Assembly (NCBI RefSeq): GCF_018350175.1
Contig: NC_058368.1
Location: 126,606,001 to 126,670,000 of the forward strand
DNA length: 64,000 nt
Direction of reading: 5' to 3'
Source: Felis catus
Lineage: Eukaryota
In this document: positions 36,166 through 49,430 of the stretch, piece by piece
Layout of the letters: each line of letters starts with the position of its first letter
Position numbering within the stretch: the first letter of the stretch is position 1
Translations under genes and position numbers: made by a program
Notes under the pieces: generated by a model
Told to the model about the DNA's origin: nothing
The model's input: only the letters and a program-made list of their open reading frames with translations
Database searches by the model: none

Positions 36166-36749
36166 TTTTTGTAATTACATCATAATTCAAATTAGAACTC
36201 TATATTTAGAAAAATCCAGGCCATCATTTTTCTGCACCTCAGAGTTCTATTATTTATGCTTTATAGGAACTAATAGCTATCTGAATCGCATGGGATTTAG
36301 GAGGAAAAACTGCTAAAAGAAGCATCCTTCAGTTGCCAAGTTAGCAGATTTTGTTCTGAAGATTGTATAGAATCTTGCAATAGGTTCTTGGCTACATTTC
36401 AATGAGAGGTAGGGCTTTCCAGGATTTTTTCTGGGATCTGGTTATCTCTTCCATTTCTACTTATTTAGAGTCATTCCCAATAAAAAACAAGGAATGCAGA
36501 CATGGAAAACTGTGAATCTCAATTAATCCACTGCTACCTGAGTTTGAAGTCCCAGTAAAGGCTAGAGTGGGCTTTGAGGTTGTCTAGTAATTCCATGCTT
36601 CCTTGCTTTTCTTGTCCTGCTTATCACTAATAGTTATAAATTGTTCATTATGAAGTGAGACATGCCAAGAGCACTCACTTGCCCACCCAGTTCTCTGCTT
36701 CTCATACCCAACCTGAATGTCAAGGTAGTGAATTAAAATTATTTATACC

Positions 36750-37060
36750 CATGTCAACAGGAATGACTCTCAAATGTATGTCCTGAGTTTAGACTTCTCT
36801 TCCAAGTTCCCTAAATCTGATGGACTCTGGGTACTTCCACTTAGATGACCCACAAGAATCTCTGATTCAGCATGTCAAAAACTGAATTAATCACTCTCAC
36901 TCCCAAGTCTACTGCAGCCCCTGTCTTCCCTTGATCAGTTAATAATACCATCATCCTCTGTGTCAGATAGGATAGAGAACTCAGGGCCATCTTTGAAGGC
37001 TCATGCATTCCATTAACAATCATTTATTAAGCCACCTTCATTCTGTCTCTGCTAAAGATT
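36750..37060 (+). mobile_element. L2 fragment
   Basis: gactctcaaatgtatgtcc..ttcagcatgtcaaaaactgaattaat..cagttaataataccatcatc. Confidence 0.7.
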
Positions 37061-39059
37061 ATGGTAAGATATCCTCTACTCTTTCTGTTTTTCCATTATA
37101 GGCAGAATAGAGCTGAACACTTATAATTTCAATCTTATAAAGGAGAGTTCAGTCCAGTGCTAACAAAGCAGAGTCACAGAGACTAACTGACCTTATCCAG
37201 GTTCTCACTCTGGCTCTTGACTTTGACTGTCTTGACCATCAGGTCCAAATATTTATATACAAAACCTGGAAGTTGCTCTTTAACTCAGGATTTGATGAAG
37301 TCAGCAGTTACAAAGAATGAACTTGTTGATTTTTTGAGAATGCACCCATGACAGAGAGTTGGAAAGATAAGTATATGACTCAAAAAAGGGTATTTTAGAG
37401 GAGCAAGAACTGAACCACTAGTAGATTGTTTAGGTGTGCTGGGCCATCCAGTTTCCCCATTACTACAATGTGTTTGGGAGAATTTAAGGGAATGGAATGT
37501 CTGGGAAACACTAAATAGGTACTTAGCCACGTTTCTTCAGGTGCATAGTACCAATAAGTCATATGGAAAATAATCTGAACCTACCCCAGAGCTGGAATCA
37601 GAGAGACCTCTGGTGGCACTTTGCAGAGCGGAATGGAGATACTGTGGGAAAAAAAGGGGGGGGGGGGCTGCAACACTATGGACCCCAGCCCTCTGGTGCA
37701 AAAACCATCTCACATAAGTGGTCATGAAACTCAGAAAGATATTTCCTACTCACCTTAGGTTGAAGAGCATCAGAAGGCCGAGAAATAGAGATCAATGTTA
37801 TGGGTATGCTATTGGCAGCCAGTTGGGGGCAGCAGAGCAACAGTGGTTGATAGCAAAATGATGGTAAGGTCTGTGACTCCAAAAAGATGGAACAGCAAAG
37901 CTGAATGTAGCAGCTCTGGTTAAATGAGACAGGCCCCTGTCCTAAAGGGAGAATTAATTTCTAAAATGATCAATTTAGATGAGGCTTCCAAATTTGGTTT
38001 CCTGAGAATCAAAGCATTGATAATTGGAAGAGCCCTGAAAAATAATATATTTGTACTCACTGCTATGAAAGATGGGGCTTAATAGTTTATGTATTTAAGT
38101 ATAATAAATCATTTATAATACTCCCAGGGTACCAATATCTCTCCAAGCCCTCCTTTCTAAGGAAATAATGTAATCTTGTCTGGATTGTTTTTTTTTTTTT
38201 TTTTTTTTTTAACTTACATGTAGTCTGTCTCCAAACCATTTAAATCTGGGTCCCTAGTAACTAGGGTCCTTAGTAACTAGGTTTTGCTCTTTGCTTATAC
38301 ACTTGTTCAGAGTATTACGTTTATGAATTGAGTGCTTGCCAATTGATTTTTAATGAAATCTTTGCTTCCTTTCAATATATTCAGCAGAATGCAGACAGTG
38401 GCTGGGGGGTGCTACAGCTCTCTGACTTCCTAGCCAGAATGAGCCTGAGTCTGTTTCAGATCGTTTTGGAACTCAGGTTGGGGCTGGTAATATTCAGTGT
38501 TCTAGAATCTCTTAGGGGCTTAGGTGGACCTTTTAAAACCCTCTTTTGAAAGACAGAGTTCTTTGTTGTTTAATGACTGGGCTGAAAATGGGTACACCAT
38601 TGCAAAGACATGTGACTCACATGATATATCTAGTATTTTTTATTAATCACTTAGGTCATAGTCTTCTCAGTTCTCCCAAGCAGGGTCCTTAATTGGAACT
38701 ATTTTATGTGCATGGGAGAGAGATTAACTTACTACATAGTGTGGACACTTTTAAGGCATTAGGACTCAATTCTGAGTTGACAAAGTGGGGAGTAGAATAG
38801 CTCACTGGATCATTCTTAAGCCTCTCTTTTGTCCCTATCATCACCCTTTTCAGTCTTTCAGTGACTCCTTGAATCTAAAAATTAGGTTTAAATCCTTTAG
38901 CATATAGAGCCATCTATAATCTACACAGAACCTGCAGCCGTATCTCTTATCTCCCTTTAGCCTGGTCCTTGGGCTTATCTCCAGTCTGTCCTGGGCTAAA
39001 CCAGAATGCATTTTTCCAATTTCCACCTCTGTCCCTGAGTCCCGTCTCTGTATGTCTCT

Positions 39060-39320
39060 GTTCACTCACTTTTCAAAGCCCAGGTCAATTGTTACCTTCT
39101 ACATGGAACCTCTCCAAGATGCTCATTTCTGGCTAATTGCTCCCAGATTCTACTTGTTAAATTTTGTGGCACTTATTACTGTCTGCTTTTCATTTGAAAC
39201 CCCTTTGGCCTGAAAGCTCCCTAAGGGAAGAAGACCGAATCCTCTTTTGCCCTTCATCCCCATGATTAAAAGATAATGTCAACAAAGCTTTGGTGAAAGA
39301 ATCAATGAATGAATGAATGG
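39060..39320 (+). mobile_element. L2 3' end
   Basis: ctgaaagctccctaaggg..atgaatgaatgaatg. Confidence 0.6.
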
Positions 39321-40410
39321 GAAGACAGTGAGCCTTGCTACCTGGTTGCTGGTATACTGCAGGGTTAAATGTCAGCTGGTTAAACAAGCTGGGCTTGGAA
39401 GAGGAGAGCATCCTGGGAGTGAGTGAGCCTCCTCTCTCTGCATGCACGCATGTGACAGGAAATGGCATGATACCTTCAACTCCCAACAAAAATTTACATG
39501 GCCCTGCTTCCTGTAATAGCCCCTATCCAAATCTCCCATCTTAGATTGTCCCCAGGTTTCTCAGTGCACATTTTAACATCTTGAATGCTGTACTTAAGTA
39601 ATGACTCCAAATGTGAACATTCATCATGTCCACTGTTATTATAGGTACAGTGGTTAGCCTTTGACCGTCACTGTCAAAGCACGTATTTACTCTTGTGCTT
39701 AAACATACATGTTCCTTTGTAGTGACTGCTCATCCACCCAAACATGAAAAATAGGCACTTTTCCTGCTCCAAAATCGTCTCAACAATAACAGTTTTTAAA
39801 ACTTTGCATTTCCCAAGTACATTGTATTCGAGAATGCTAAAAGAACTATTGGAACATAAGTCACACAAAGGGATGAATCAGTGAGCACTTCACTAGGAAC
39901 ATCAGCTTTAAACCCAGAAAGCATTCATAGCCTTCAGCATCTGAACAAAAAATAGAAGGATAAGAATTATTAAGAGCCCAGCTCTAGGACCACATTTGCC
40001 TTTCACATTTAAAATGTGAAGGTTTTTGCTTTGTAATAGCTCAATTGTATTATGTCCTATCATGTTATTTACTTACATTGCTTTGGTGCTTTCCTGGTAG
40101 GAGACTACCACACAATCCCTCTTGACTTCTGTAACACTACACATTCATAGCTGTTCCTTTTGGCATCAGATAATTTTTGTCATCAATATAGTGATAACAT
40201 TGTCAGGATATATATTCCTACACTTACTCCATCTTGTCTTTGTTGGAAACTAATTTAGTAAGAGCCTAACACACATGCATATATGTTTATAAAGCATAAG
40301 TGGCCCCCAAATCATCTCTATGACAGAGATAACAATTTTTAAGAAATTGCCGTATGATATGCTCACCAAGAGAACTTTTTTCTCAGATAATGGCTAAAAA
40401 AATCTTCACC

Positions 40411-40630
40411 GGGGCGCCTGGGTGGCTCAGTTGGTTAAGCGTCCGACTTTGGCTCAGGTCATGATCTCACGGTCCGTGAGTTCAAGCCCCGCGTCGGGCT
40501 CTGTGCTGACAGCTCAGAGCCTGGAGCCTGCTTTGGATTCTGTGTCTCCCTCTCTCTCTGACCCTCCCCTGTTCATGCTCTGTCTCTCTCTGTCTCAAAA
40601 ATAAACAAACATTAAAAAAAAATTTTTTTT
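40411..40630 (+). mobile_element. Young felid CanSINE
   Basis: Near-consensus with CpGs retained; TSD AAATCTTCACC / AAATCTTTACC. Confidence 0.97.
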
Positions 40631-41249
40631 AAATCTTTACCTCAAGCTCAACAGAGAAAAAAGTGTATTATTTTGACAGTGAGAAAATTCAAATTGACAC
40701 TTCAATCATTAAGAATTATGAATATCTGAAGTATAAGAATAAAGACAACATGTGGAAACCATTTAGAGCAAAAACATTTTCTCCAGTGCCTCGTATACCA
40801 AAAATAAATCTGTATTTTCTTCCAAAGAAGGACAATCTTTTTATTAGGATATATTCCAGATAAGTAATTTGTGTTTTTACTGAAGCTGATATGAGAGTCC
40901 AAAAAAAAAAAAACCCAAACCCCATTATTTTCCAAGTAGTTCTTCCACAAAGTACTAAGGAGCAAAGGGGCAAAGTGTTTTCTATATGGCACTTGCTTTA
41001 GATGAAATACCTTTAAAGTCTGGAACCTTGAGAAGTTAGTGTTTTTGACTTAAATTTTGAATGAGTTCAACCTTTTCTTGAAAAACAGCATTTTTTTGTA
41101 TCACTTTATTTTGTTTTATTTATTTATTTATTTATGTGGGGGGGGGGGGTTCCATGCTGATAGATGCAGCTTTAGTTCATTATTCCCGCTGTATTATATT
41201 TCATCGTATGGAATATTAATTTATCCATTCTACTTATAGGCAATTAATT

Positions 41250-43652
41250 TTTCTCTTTTATTTTTTAAATTAATTAATTAGTTAATTTTCATCCAAGTTA
41301 ATTAGTATATAGTGCTATAATGATTTCAGGAATAGATTCCAGTGATTCATCCCCTATGTATAACACCCAGTGCTCATCCCAACAAGTGTCCTCCCCAATG
41401 CCCCTTACCCATTTAGCCCATCTCCCCCACACACAACCCCTCCAGCAACCCTCAGTTTGTTCTGTGTATTTAAGAGTCTCATATGTTTTGTCCCCTTCCA
41501 TGTTTTTGTATTATTTTTGCTTCCCTTCCCTTATGTTCACCTGTTTTGTATCTTAAATTCCTCATGAGTGAGCTCCTATAACATTTGTCTTTCTCTGACT
41601 AATTTCACTTAGCATATTTTCTATTTCCACCCACGTAGTTGCATATGGCAAGATTTCATTCTTTTTGATTGCCGAGTAATACTCCATTGTGTGTGTGTGT
41701 ATGTGTGTATGTGTATATATATATATACCTATACATATATATATACATGTATATATATATACATGTATATACATATATACATGTATATATATATATACCT
41801 ATACATATATATATGTATATATATATATACCTATACATATATACCACATCTTCTTTACCCATTCATTCATCAATGGACATTTGAGCTATTGTCGATAACT
41901 ATAAACATTGCTATAAACTGCTATAAACATTGGGGTGCATGTGCCCCTTTGAAACAGCACACCTGTAGCTCTAGGATAAATACCTAGTAGTGTAATTGCT
42001 GGGTCACAGAGTAGTTCTATTTTTAATTTTTTGACAAACCTCCGTATTATTTTCCAGAGTGGCTGCACCAGTTTGTATTCCCACCAACAGTGCAAAAGAG
42101 ATCCTCTTTCTCTGCATCCTTGCCAACATCTGACTGGTGTGAAGTGGTGTCTCATTGTGGTTTTGATTTGTATTTTCCGGATGATGAGTGATGTGGAGTA
42201 TCTTTTCATGTGTCTGTTCGCCACCAGGATGTCTTCCTTGGAGAAGTGTCTATTCATGTCTTCTGCCCATTTCGTCACTGGATTATTTGTTTTTTGGGTG
42301 TTGAGTTTAATAAGTTCTTTATAGATTTTGGATACTAACCCTTTATCTGATATGTCATTTGCAGATATCTTCTCCCATTATGTAGGTTTCCTTTTAGTGT
42401 TGCTGATTGTTTCCTTCGCTGTGCAGAAGCTTTTTATTTTGATGAGGTCCCAGTAGTTCATTTTTACTTTTGTTTCCCTTGCCTCTGGAGACTTGTTGAG
42501 TAAGGAGTTGCTGCGGCCGAGGTCAAAGAGGTTTTTACCTGCTTTCTCCTCTAGATTTTGATGGCTTCCTGTCTTACGTTTAGGTCTTTCATCCATTGTG
42601 AGTTTATTTTTATGTATGGTGTAAGAAAGTGGTCCAAGTTCATTCTTCTGCATGTCACTGTCCAGTTTTCCCAGCACCACTTGCTGAAGAGACTGTTTTT
42701 ATTCCATTGGACATTCTTTCCTGCTTTGTCAAAGATTATTTGGCCATACGTTTGTGGGTCCATTTCTGGGTTCTCTATTCTGTTCCATTGATCTGAGTGT
42801 CTGTTCTTGTGCCAGTACCATACTGTCTTGATGATTACAGCTTTGTAGTATAGCTTGAAGTCAGGGATTGTGATGCCTCCAGCTTTGGTTTTCTTTTTCA
42901 AGATCGCTTTGGCTATTCGGGGTCTTTTCTGGTTCCATACAAATTTTAGGATTATTTGTTCTAGCTCTGTGAAGAATGCTCGTGTTACTTTGATAGGGAT
43001 CATGTTGAATATGTAGATTGCTTTGCATAGTATTGACATTTTAACAATATTTGTTCTTCCTATCCAGGAGCATGGAATCTTTTTCCATTTCTTTGTGTCT
43101 TCTTCCATTTCTTTCATAAGCTTTCTATAGTTTTCAGTGTATAGATTTTTCACTTCTTTGGTTAGCTTTATCCCTAGGTATTTTATGGTTTTTGGTGCAA
43201 TTGTAAATGGGATTGATTCCTTGATTTCTCTTTCTGTTGCTTCATTATTGTTGTATAGGAATGCAACCTGATTTTATATCCTCAACTTTGCTAAATTCAT
43301 GGGTCAGTTCTAGCAGTTTTTTGCTGGGATCTTTTGGGTTTTCCATATAGAGTAACATGTCATCTGTGAAGAGTGAAGGTTTGACTTCCTCCTTGCCAAT
43401 TTGGATGCCTGGTCTTCCTTTGTGTTGTCTGATTGCTGAGGCTAGGACTCCCAATACTATGTTGAATAACAGTGGCAAGAGTGAACATCCCTGTTGTGTT
43501 CCTGACCTTAGGGGAAAGCTCTCAGTTTTTCCCGATTGACGATGATATTAGTGGTGGGTCATTCATATATGGCTTTTATGGTCTCAAGGTATGCTCCTTC
43601 TATCCCTACTTTCTTGAGGGTTTTTATCAAGAAAGGATTCTGTGTTTTGTCA
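41250..43652 (-). mobile_element. 5'-truncated carnivore/felid L1 (ORF2 RT C-terminal part and 3'UTR), non-functional
   Basis: ORF fragments 43245..43478 ([18 protein letters not shown]), 42551..43153 ([26 protein letters not shown]), 42378..42680 and 41886..42278 are frameshifted L1 ORF2; 3'UTR and tail at ~41250-41560. Confidence 0.97.
41688..41842. repeat. Complex TG/TA microsatellite expansion inside L1
   Basis: (TG)n followed by higher-order tatatatacctatacatata / tacatgtata units. Confidence 0.92.
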
Positions 43653-43787
43653 AGATCACCTGGGGATCTTGTCCAAGTGTGGATTCTGATTCAGTGGGTC
43701 TGGCAAGCAGCTAGATAATTTGCATTTCTCACAGGATCTCAGGTGATGCTGATGCTATTGATTCACAGACCATACTTTGAGTAGAAC
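43653..43787 (+). mobile_element. MER5A, 5'-truncated
   Basis: atcacctgggg..gattctgattcagtgggtctgg..tgcatttctcacag..caggtgatgctgatgc..gaccatactttgagtag. Confidence 0.85.
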
Positions 43788-43931
43788 ATCAAAGGGTGAG
43801 AAACGTTCCTGAAAGTAACTTTCTCTCCTTGGAAGAGTAGTGGAAGTCATCAAAGTGTTTGTTATTATGGGAAGAGGAAGGGAGATAAAGGTGGCCACAA
43901 TGGGTAGAAACTCAGGTACCTGTACTAAGGA

Positions 43932-44599
43932 TGTGGTAGGTAAAATACGCCCCAAAATGATTATGTCCTAATCCCTGGAACCTGTGAATGTTATGCTGTA
44001 TGGCAAACGTTGCAGATGGAATTAACATCTCTAATCAGCTGACTTCAAAATAGAAAGATTACTCTTGATTTTCCAGGTGAACCCAATATAATCACTAGGC
44101 TCCTTAAAAGTGGATGAAGGAGCGGCACCTGGGTGGTTCATTCACTTGAGCCTCTGACTTCTGCTCAGGTCATGAACTCACGGTTTGTGGGTTTGAGCCC
44201 TGCGTTGAGCTCAGTCCTGACAGCTGAGAGCCTGGAGCCTGCTTCAGATTCTGTGTCTCTCTCTCTCCCCCCCGCCTCTTTCTCTCTGTCAAAAATGGAC
44301 ATAAAAAAACAAGTGGAAGAAGGACACAGCAGTCAGTATCAGGACACTGTTGGAGAAGAAATGGTAGCAGCCATTGCTGGCTTTGAAGATCAAAGGTGGC
44401 CATAAACCAGAAATTGGGGGCAGTCTAAATGCGGGAAAAGGCAGAGAAACAGACTCCTCCAAGCCTCCAGAAAACAGCTCATGACTGGGATGACACATTG
44501 ATCTTAGCCCAGCGGGACTTGTGCCAGACTTCTGACCTACAGAGCAGTAAGAAAATAAGTTTGTTGTAATTTGTGAAGGCGGCAATAGAGAAATAATAT
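43932..44599 (+). mobile_element. MaLR solo LTR (MLT1D-like) split by a CanSINE
   Basis: tgtggtagg..gtcctaatccctggaacctgtgaatgtta..cagacttctgacctacaga..taatttgt..gcaatagagaaataata. Confidence 0.85.
44122..44310 (+). mobile_element. CanSINE
   Basis: TSD AAGTGGA(T/A)GAAGGA. Confidence 0.92.
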
Positions 44600-47439
44600 A
44601 AGTCTGAGAGTAATCCGCAACTCGGGTGGGCAGTTAACACCATTCCTTTTTTCAGTAAGTCACTTGCTCATCATGAGTCCCTTTTCTCCAGATCTGAACC
44701 TCAACCCTCCCTATGGTTTTGAGCCTCCACCCCACGCTGGGGTTTGGCAGCTGTTCAGAAGTTCGGTGGTAAGAGATGTGTTGGGAGAAGCAGGCTGGCC
44801 AGTCAACCTCTTCCCCATTCGTAGGTAGAGTATTGCTAGGACTGCAGGCTTCTCTACAAGCAGCACGTGACCACGTGTTCCCATGGGTCCTGGCATCTCC
44901 CAGACCTGCTGGGAGGATGGGAGCATAGTCCTTCCATTTCATCGCCCTTCAGAGCCCAGGAGAATCTCGTTTGTTTCTGCTCTTCTCCCTTGGTGACTCT
45001 ACAAGACGCTGTGGTAACCCCGTGAAGTTCCTCAATTCTCCCAAAGGTTTGTGCTTTGGAAGATACTTTAGAAAAATGGGCAGGTTATTTTTATTTTCTT
45101 CCCAACCAAATGGCTCCCTGGAGGTGTTGAGCCCAGCTGGCTTGGCAGCCAAAGGAGCTGGGGTAAGGGAAGTGAAACGGGAACAGGGTTCACCCAGGAC
45201 TGAAAAGGACATGAGTCTGTTTGTCAAAATGTTAACCATCTACTTATGTGTGAGAAGTATGCACAATTAGGATTGATTGATTTTCCCTCTCCTCCCTCCC
45301 CCCAAAATGGTAAAGATCGTCACTACTTGTCAGTGTGCCACATCTGCCTGGAATGTGTAGAGGTGGAGAAGTAGGAGGACTTTTTGAGGCTGTTAAGAGG
45401 CAAGCTGAAAGGAAATGAAGAAACCAAATGGGCAGGAGGTCAGCCTAGAGATAAGGCATCGAGTGCCAGAAGGCCACTCCCGCCAGCCACTCTTGCACAC
45501 ATAGGGAGGAGGCCTCAGCTCTGCATGCCTGTGAGTGACCCTCACCCGCCCTCTGGGGTATTCGGGGAGCTCAGAGTCAGAAACATTTCTCCCTTGTACT
45601 ATAGCCAGGCTGCTCTGGCGTCTTCACTGAGCCTTGCAGTGAACACATCAAAGAAATCGTTCTCTTTGAATTGTAAGCAGCTTCTGTACAAATTTAAGTT
45701 AATGTCATTGTAGTTGACAACTTAGATGGAGACCTAGACTCAGGCACAGTGCATAGAAAGTCCCTTGAGAAGTGTATATAAATTAATGGTGATTGATTTG
45801 CGGGGAGTGGAACTGTGGGAGATGTTTTTTCTTTATGGTTGTACTTTCTAGAAGAATGTTTTATGTAACTTTTGAAATAAGGTGGTTTGGTTTATTGTCA
45901 AGTTAAGTACTGTGGAGAGTTCGACTGGCCAAGGGGGCAATGTTTAGAAACAGAAAGAGCCTCTCCTACTCAGCTACACATGTGGTAACTTGCTCTGTCC
46001 TCCACCTGTGGAGCCATGATCTTTGCCTGGAGACGGGCGGCGTGGCTGAGACATCCACTGTGAAGTCGAAAGCCTGTCGCCCTCTTGCATGCCATTGTTG
46101 AATGCACATCCTAAAGAGTCAGGAGTGTCTTCAGAACCCTCAGTTGTAGTCCTGACGTTGGGCTTTCCCCTGTCGAGAAATCCCCATCTTTCAGTTGATA
46201 GAAATGCAAACATAGGCTTGCATGCAAAGTCCAGTGTGTCATCACTTTGATGCGTGTCCCTTTGTTCTAATGGAGGGGTAGAAAAGTGCTTTCTGTTTCC
46301 TTTAAGCTTGGAATTTGGATTTGACTAAGCAAGGAGAAGGTTAGGGTCGTGATGGGGTCCCTCTGGAAAGCAGAGGGCTTCAAGAGAGAAGAGCTTCTTG
46401 GTAGGGAAGAATGGTTTCCAGCAGGCAAGGATGGACAGGAATGTGGGTGCTGGTCCTGTCCCGAGCTCCTCCCCATGCCCCAGATCCCTTAGCACACTGG
46501 GGAGGAGGACAGAGGGACAAAGAGAAGGTACCTTGTGGGAGACCACTTCTGTCCTTTGACACTCTGGAAAGCAATGTGATGGTGGATGGAGAAAAGCCTG
46601 GAGAGGGATTTCCAGGGGCTTCCCAGCCACAACTGAAAAGCAGCTCAGTCTCACAAGTCCTGTTGGGCACCCACACCACTACTTTCCCTGCATCTTCCCT
46701 CCCATGAGGCAAATCTCAGGCTTTACTGAATGCCCCTTTACAAATGGTGTGAATAAAGTGTTTGCCATGAGGACAGGTGACACCTGGCAGCTGGGAGGAT
46801 GGAATCTGCCCCTCCTGTGATTGAGTGAGCCAGCACCTTCCAATAAATCCTCATTCCTCATTCCTGGGGGCAGCCCTATCCTCCCAGGAAGGAAAGTGTG
46901 ATGGACACCAGGGGGTGCCAGCTGGGGAAAGACTAGGACCCCTACATCTAGACCTCCAGGGGGCACACCTGCCAACCTCACTAGGCTGAGACTAGAATCA
47001 CCCTTAGATACTGTGACTAGTCATTACAATATTAGTAAGTCTGATGATACTGGAGCATTGTGTGCTGTGTGATGTGCATGAGGACGTTGCATCTGAGCTA
47101 GAAAGTTCAGGTTTTCTAAAGCCCTTTCCCAGGGTGTTCGACCCTCTAACATCATGGGTCAGGGACTTGAGGCCAAATGGGTGTCAAGCCTTGTCCTCAC
47201 AGGTACAGGTGCCGCAGATAAGTTGCCACGTGAGGAGAGCGAAGCAATAGGAATGAAGATGGGGAGGAGAGAGCCGGTGGTGAGAGGCACTCTTACCTGC
47301 TTTCTCCCAGCCCCCACGCCACCCAGGTCACCGTTGATTTCTTCACCAAGCCTGCTATTAGCAGTAGGCCAGAAAGCTTTGAACTTAACTGATGTACATA
47401 AAGCAAGCTGTTCATTTAATCTGCACATTTAATTCAGCC

Positions 47440-47623
47440 TGCTCTGCATGCTGCTCCGGGCTGGCTTCTTGCCATATAAGGCGTTCGCGGTGTCTTTCTG
47501 CAGCTCCCCTGCCTCTGTCTTGAAAATCAGCCAAAGATGGCTTTGTGTGTAATGTATGTGCTGTAGGCCGGAAACCCCGGAAGCCCGGCCATCACCTCGC
47601 CCCCTACCTCCTGCCAGGTAAGT
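47440..47623 (+). promoter_or_regulatory. Candidate promoter and first exon: CArG box, tandem ETS cores, consensus splice donor
   Basis: CCATATAAGG (perfect CC(A/T)6GG containing TATAA) at 47472-47481; CCAAAGATGG at 47531-47540; CCGGAAA and CCGGAAG at 47568-47583; locally CpG-enriched; CAG|GTAAGT at 47615-47623. Confidence 0.55.
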
Positions 47624-48311
47624 CCTGTGTGGTCCGCTCAGGGTTGTCCCTCCAGTGAGAACATGCCATTTTGGCCTTTCTGATGGGAATGAGGGGAAGG
47701 AAAATGGGTTCTGATTTTGCTTGTCTGTCTGATTCTATCCAGAAGAAATGCCTGCTGTGTGTGTGATTTTGCGTCTGTGAATGTTGCTGGACTCTGCTGT
47801 ACTTGATGGGAAGGTGGCTTTGATAGGCGCTTTAAGCACACTGTCAGTGAAATCTGCATTCCAGATGCATCAGTGAGGTTCATAGGAATGAATAGTCTGT
47901 GGGAGGCAAAGGAAGGGACACTTTCTCGTGTATTATGTTCTCCCAAATCAATGATATTAATCTGTGTGTAATCATACTTGCATTGATACGTACCGAGACA
48001 TTAAATAGATGGTTGCATTCTGGTATTATCACAAATGAGCAGTGTTTGAATTTGGGGTAATGGTATATAAATGTATCCTGTTCCTATTTCCCTAAGTGGT
48101 TTCTATGGTTGTAATGCCTGTCAAGGTTTTGTGAAATACCTGAAAAAAATAAAAGATGATGCCACCATAGTAAGAGGAAGAGTGAGGGGATGAGAATTGG
48201 AGGCTCGCTTTAGGAATCTTGGCTCAGGAACATGGGCTCACCCATGGAGGGGGTGGGATGAGGCACAAACCAGTGCAGCCTAGGGAAAAGAAATAGTATC
48301 TAAAGGCATGC

Positions 48312-48522
48312 GAGAGGCCTCTGGGTGGCTCAGTCAGTGAAGCGTCTGACTCTTGATTTCGGCTCAGGTCATGATCTCACTGTTCATGGGTTCGAGCCCC
48401 ACGTCTGACTCTGGGTGACAGTGTGAAGCCTGCTTGGGATTCTCTCTCCTCTCTCTCTGCCCCTCCCCTGCTCATTCCCTTCTCTCAAATATAAATAAAT
48501 AAACTACGGAGTTGGAAAAAAT
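48312..48522 (+). mobile_element. CanSINE
   Basis: SINEC body; TSD approximately AA(A/G)GGCATG. Confidence 0.92.
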
Positions 48523-48929
48523 AAGGGCATGAGACAAGGACATGTATTAAAAAGAGAAAACTGGCAAGAAGGAAAATTAAATTTAGATGCCAAGCCAGAT
48601 CCCTCAGGGTAGGGAGGTGGAGACCAGAAACCACTGTTTACTTGGTTATGCCTTATCTTTGTGGCTCGTCTCTATCCACCAGCTGCCTCATTTACGATCT
48701 GTTTGTCTCACACCGTTAACCAAGGTGAACATATTACAAAACCCAGACAGTGAATGGCAGAAGCTTGTGATAAAGTGTGTATATCCACCCAGGGACAGCT
48801 GCAGACCTCAGACCAGATGGGCTTAAGACTGCTATCGGCAAAATAACAGAAATTTATTCCTGTCATTCTACATGTGGACTAGGTACCTTATCTCTGCTGT
48901 TGTTATTATCGCTAGATGCAATTGCTGCA

Positions 48930-49125
48930 AAGTACGTGCTCCTGTGTTGGGTGTCTTACTTGAATTATATTATTTATTACCTCTAGTTTTCTCCAAGTTA
49001 GTGCTAACCTCATTTTTACATATAAAAGAAATAAAGTGTCAAGGAAGATAAGTACCTCAGCTAAAGTCAGCAGTCTAACAAGTGGGGGAGGCAGGATTTG
49101 AACTCAGATCTACTGACCTGGGGAA
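48930..49125 (-). mobile_element. MIR
   Basis: cctcatttttacatataaaagaaat..aagtgggggaggcaggatttgaactcagatctactgac. Confidence 0.8.
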
Positions 49126-49289
49126 GTCCATAATAAAGGGACAAAATAAAAATATTTCCTTGGGGGGGGTGGAAATGGAACTATACCTAAGTCACCAATT
49201 AAATCCCAAAGTGTTTTGCTGCTTGAGTTTTCTAGTAGTTGAAAATTCATTGAAATATTAGTCAGACACATTGGAGTATTACTTTTCAG

Positions 49290-49430
49290 TATTGGACTAA
49301 CCAGAGGAGATTTAAACATACTGTGGCCTGGTTTTCATTTGTAGAGATTCTGGTTTAGTTGGCCTGAGATGCAGCCTGGACATCATGGATTTTAAAAGCT
49401 CCCCGAGTGATTCTAATACTTAGCCAAATA
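49290..49430 (+). mobile_element. MER5-family fragment
   Basis: agagattctggtttagttggcctgagatgcagcctgg..tttaaaagctccccgagtgattctaat. Confidence 0.65.

Noticed and set aside
40411..40490. tRNA-like A/B boxes (here and in other SINE heads)
   Set aside because: Heads of tRNA-derived CanSINEs, not tRNA genes.
41562..41987. YI/CI-rich ORFs
   Set aside because: Translations of a TA/TG microsatellite.
42551..43153. 200-aa ORF, the longest in the window
   Set aside because: Fragment of a truncated, frameshifted L1 ORF2; not a host gene.
46267..47432. Cluster of overlapping 70-110 aa ORFs
   Set aside because: Higher local GC reduces stop-codon frequency; no motif or consistent splice structure found.
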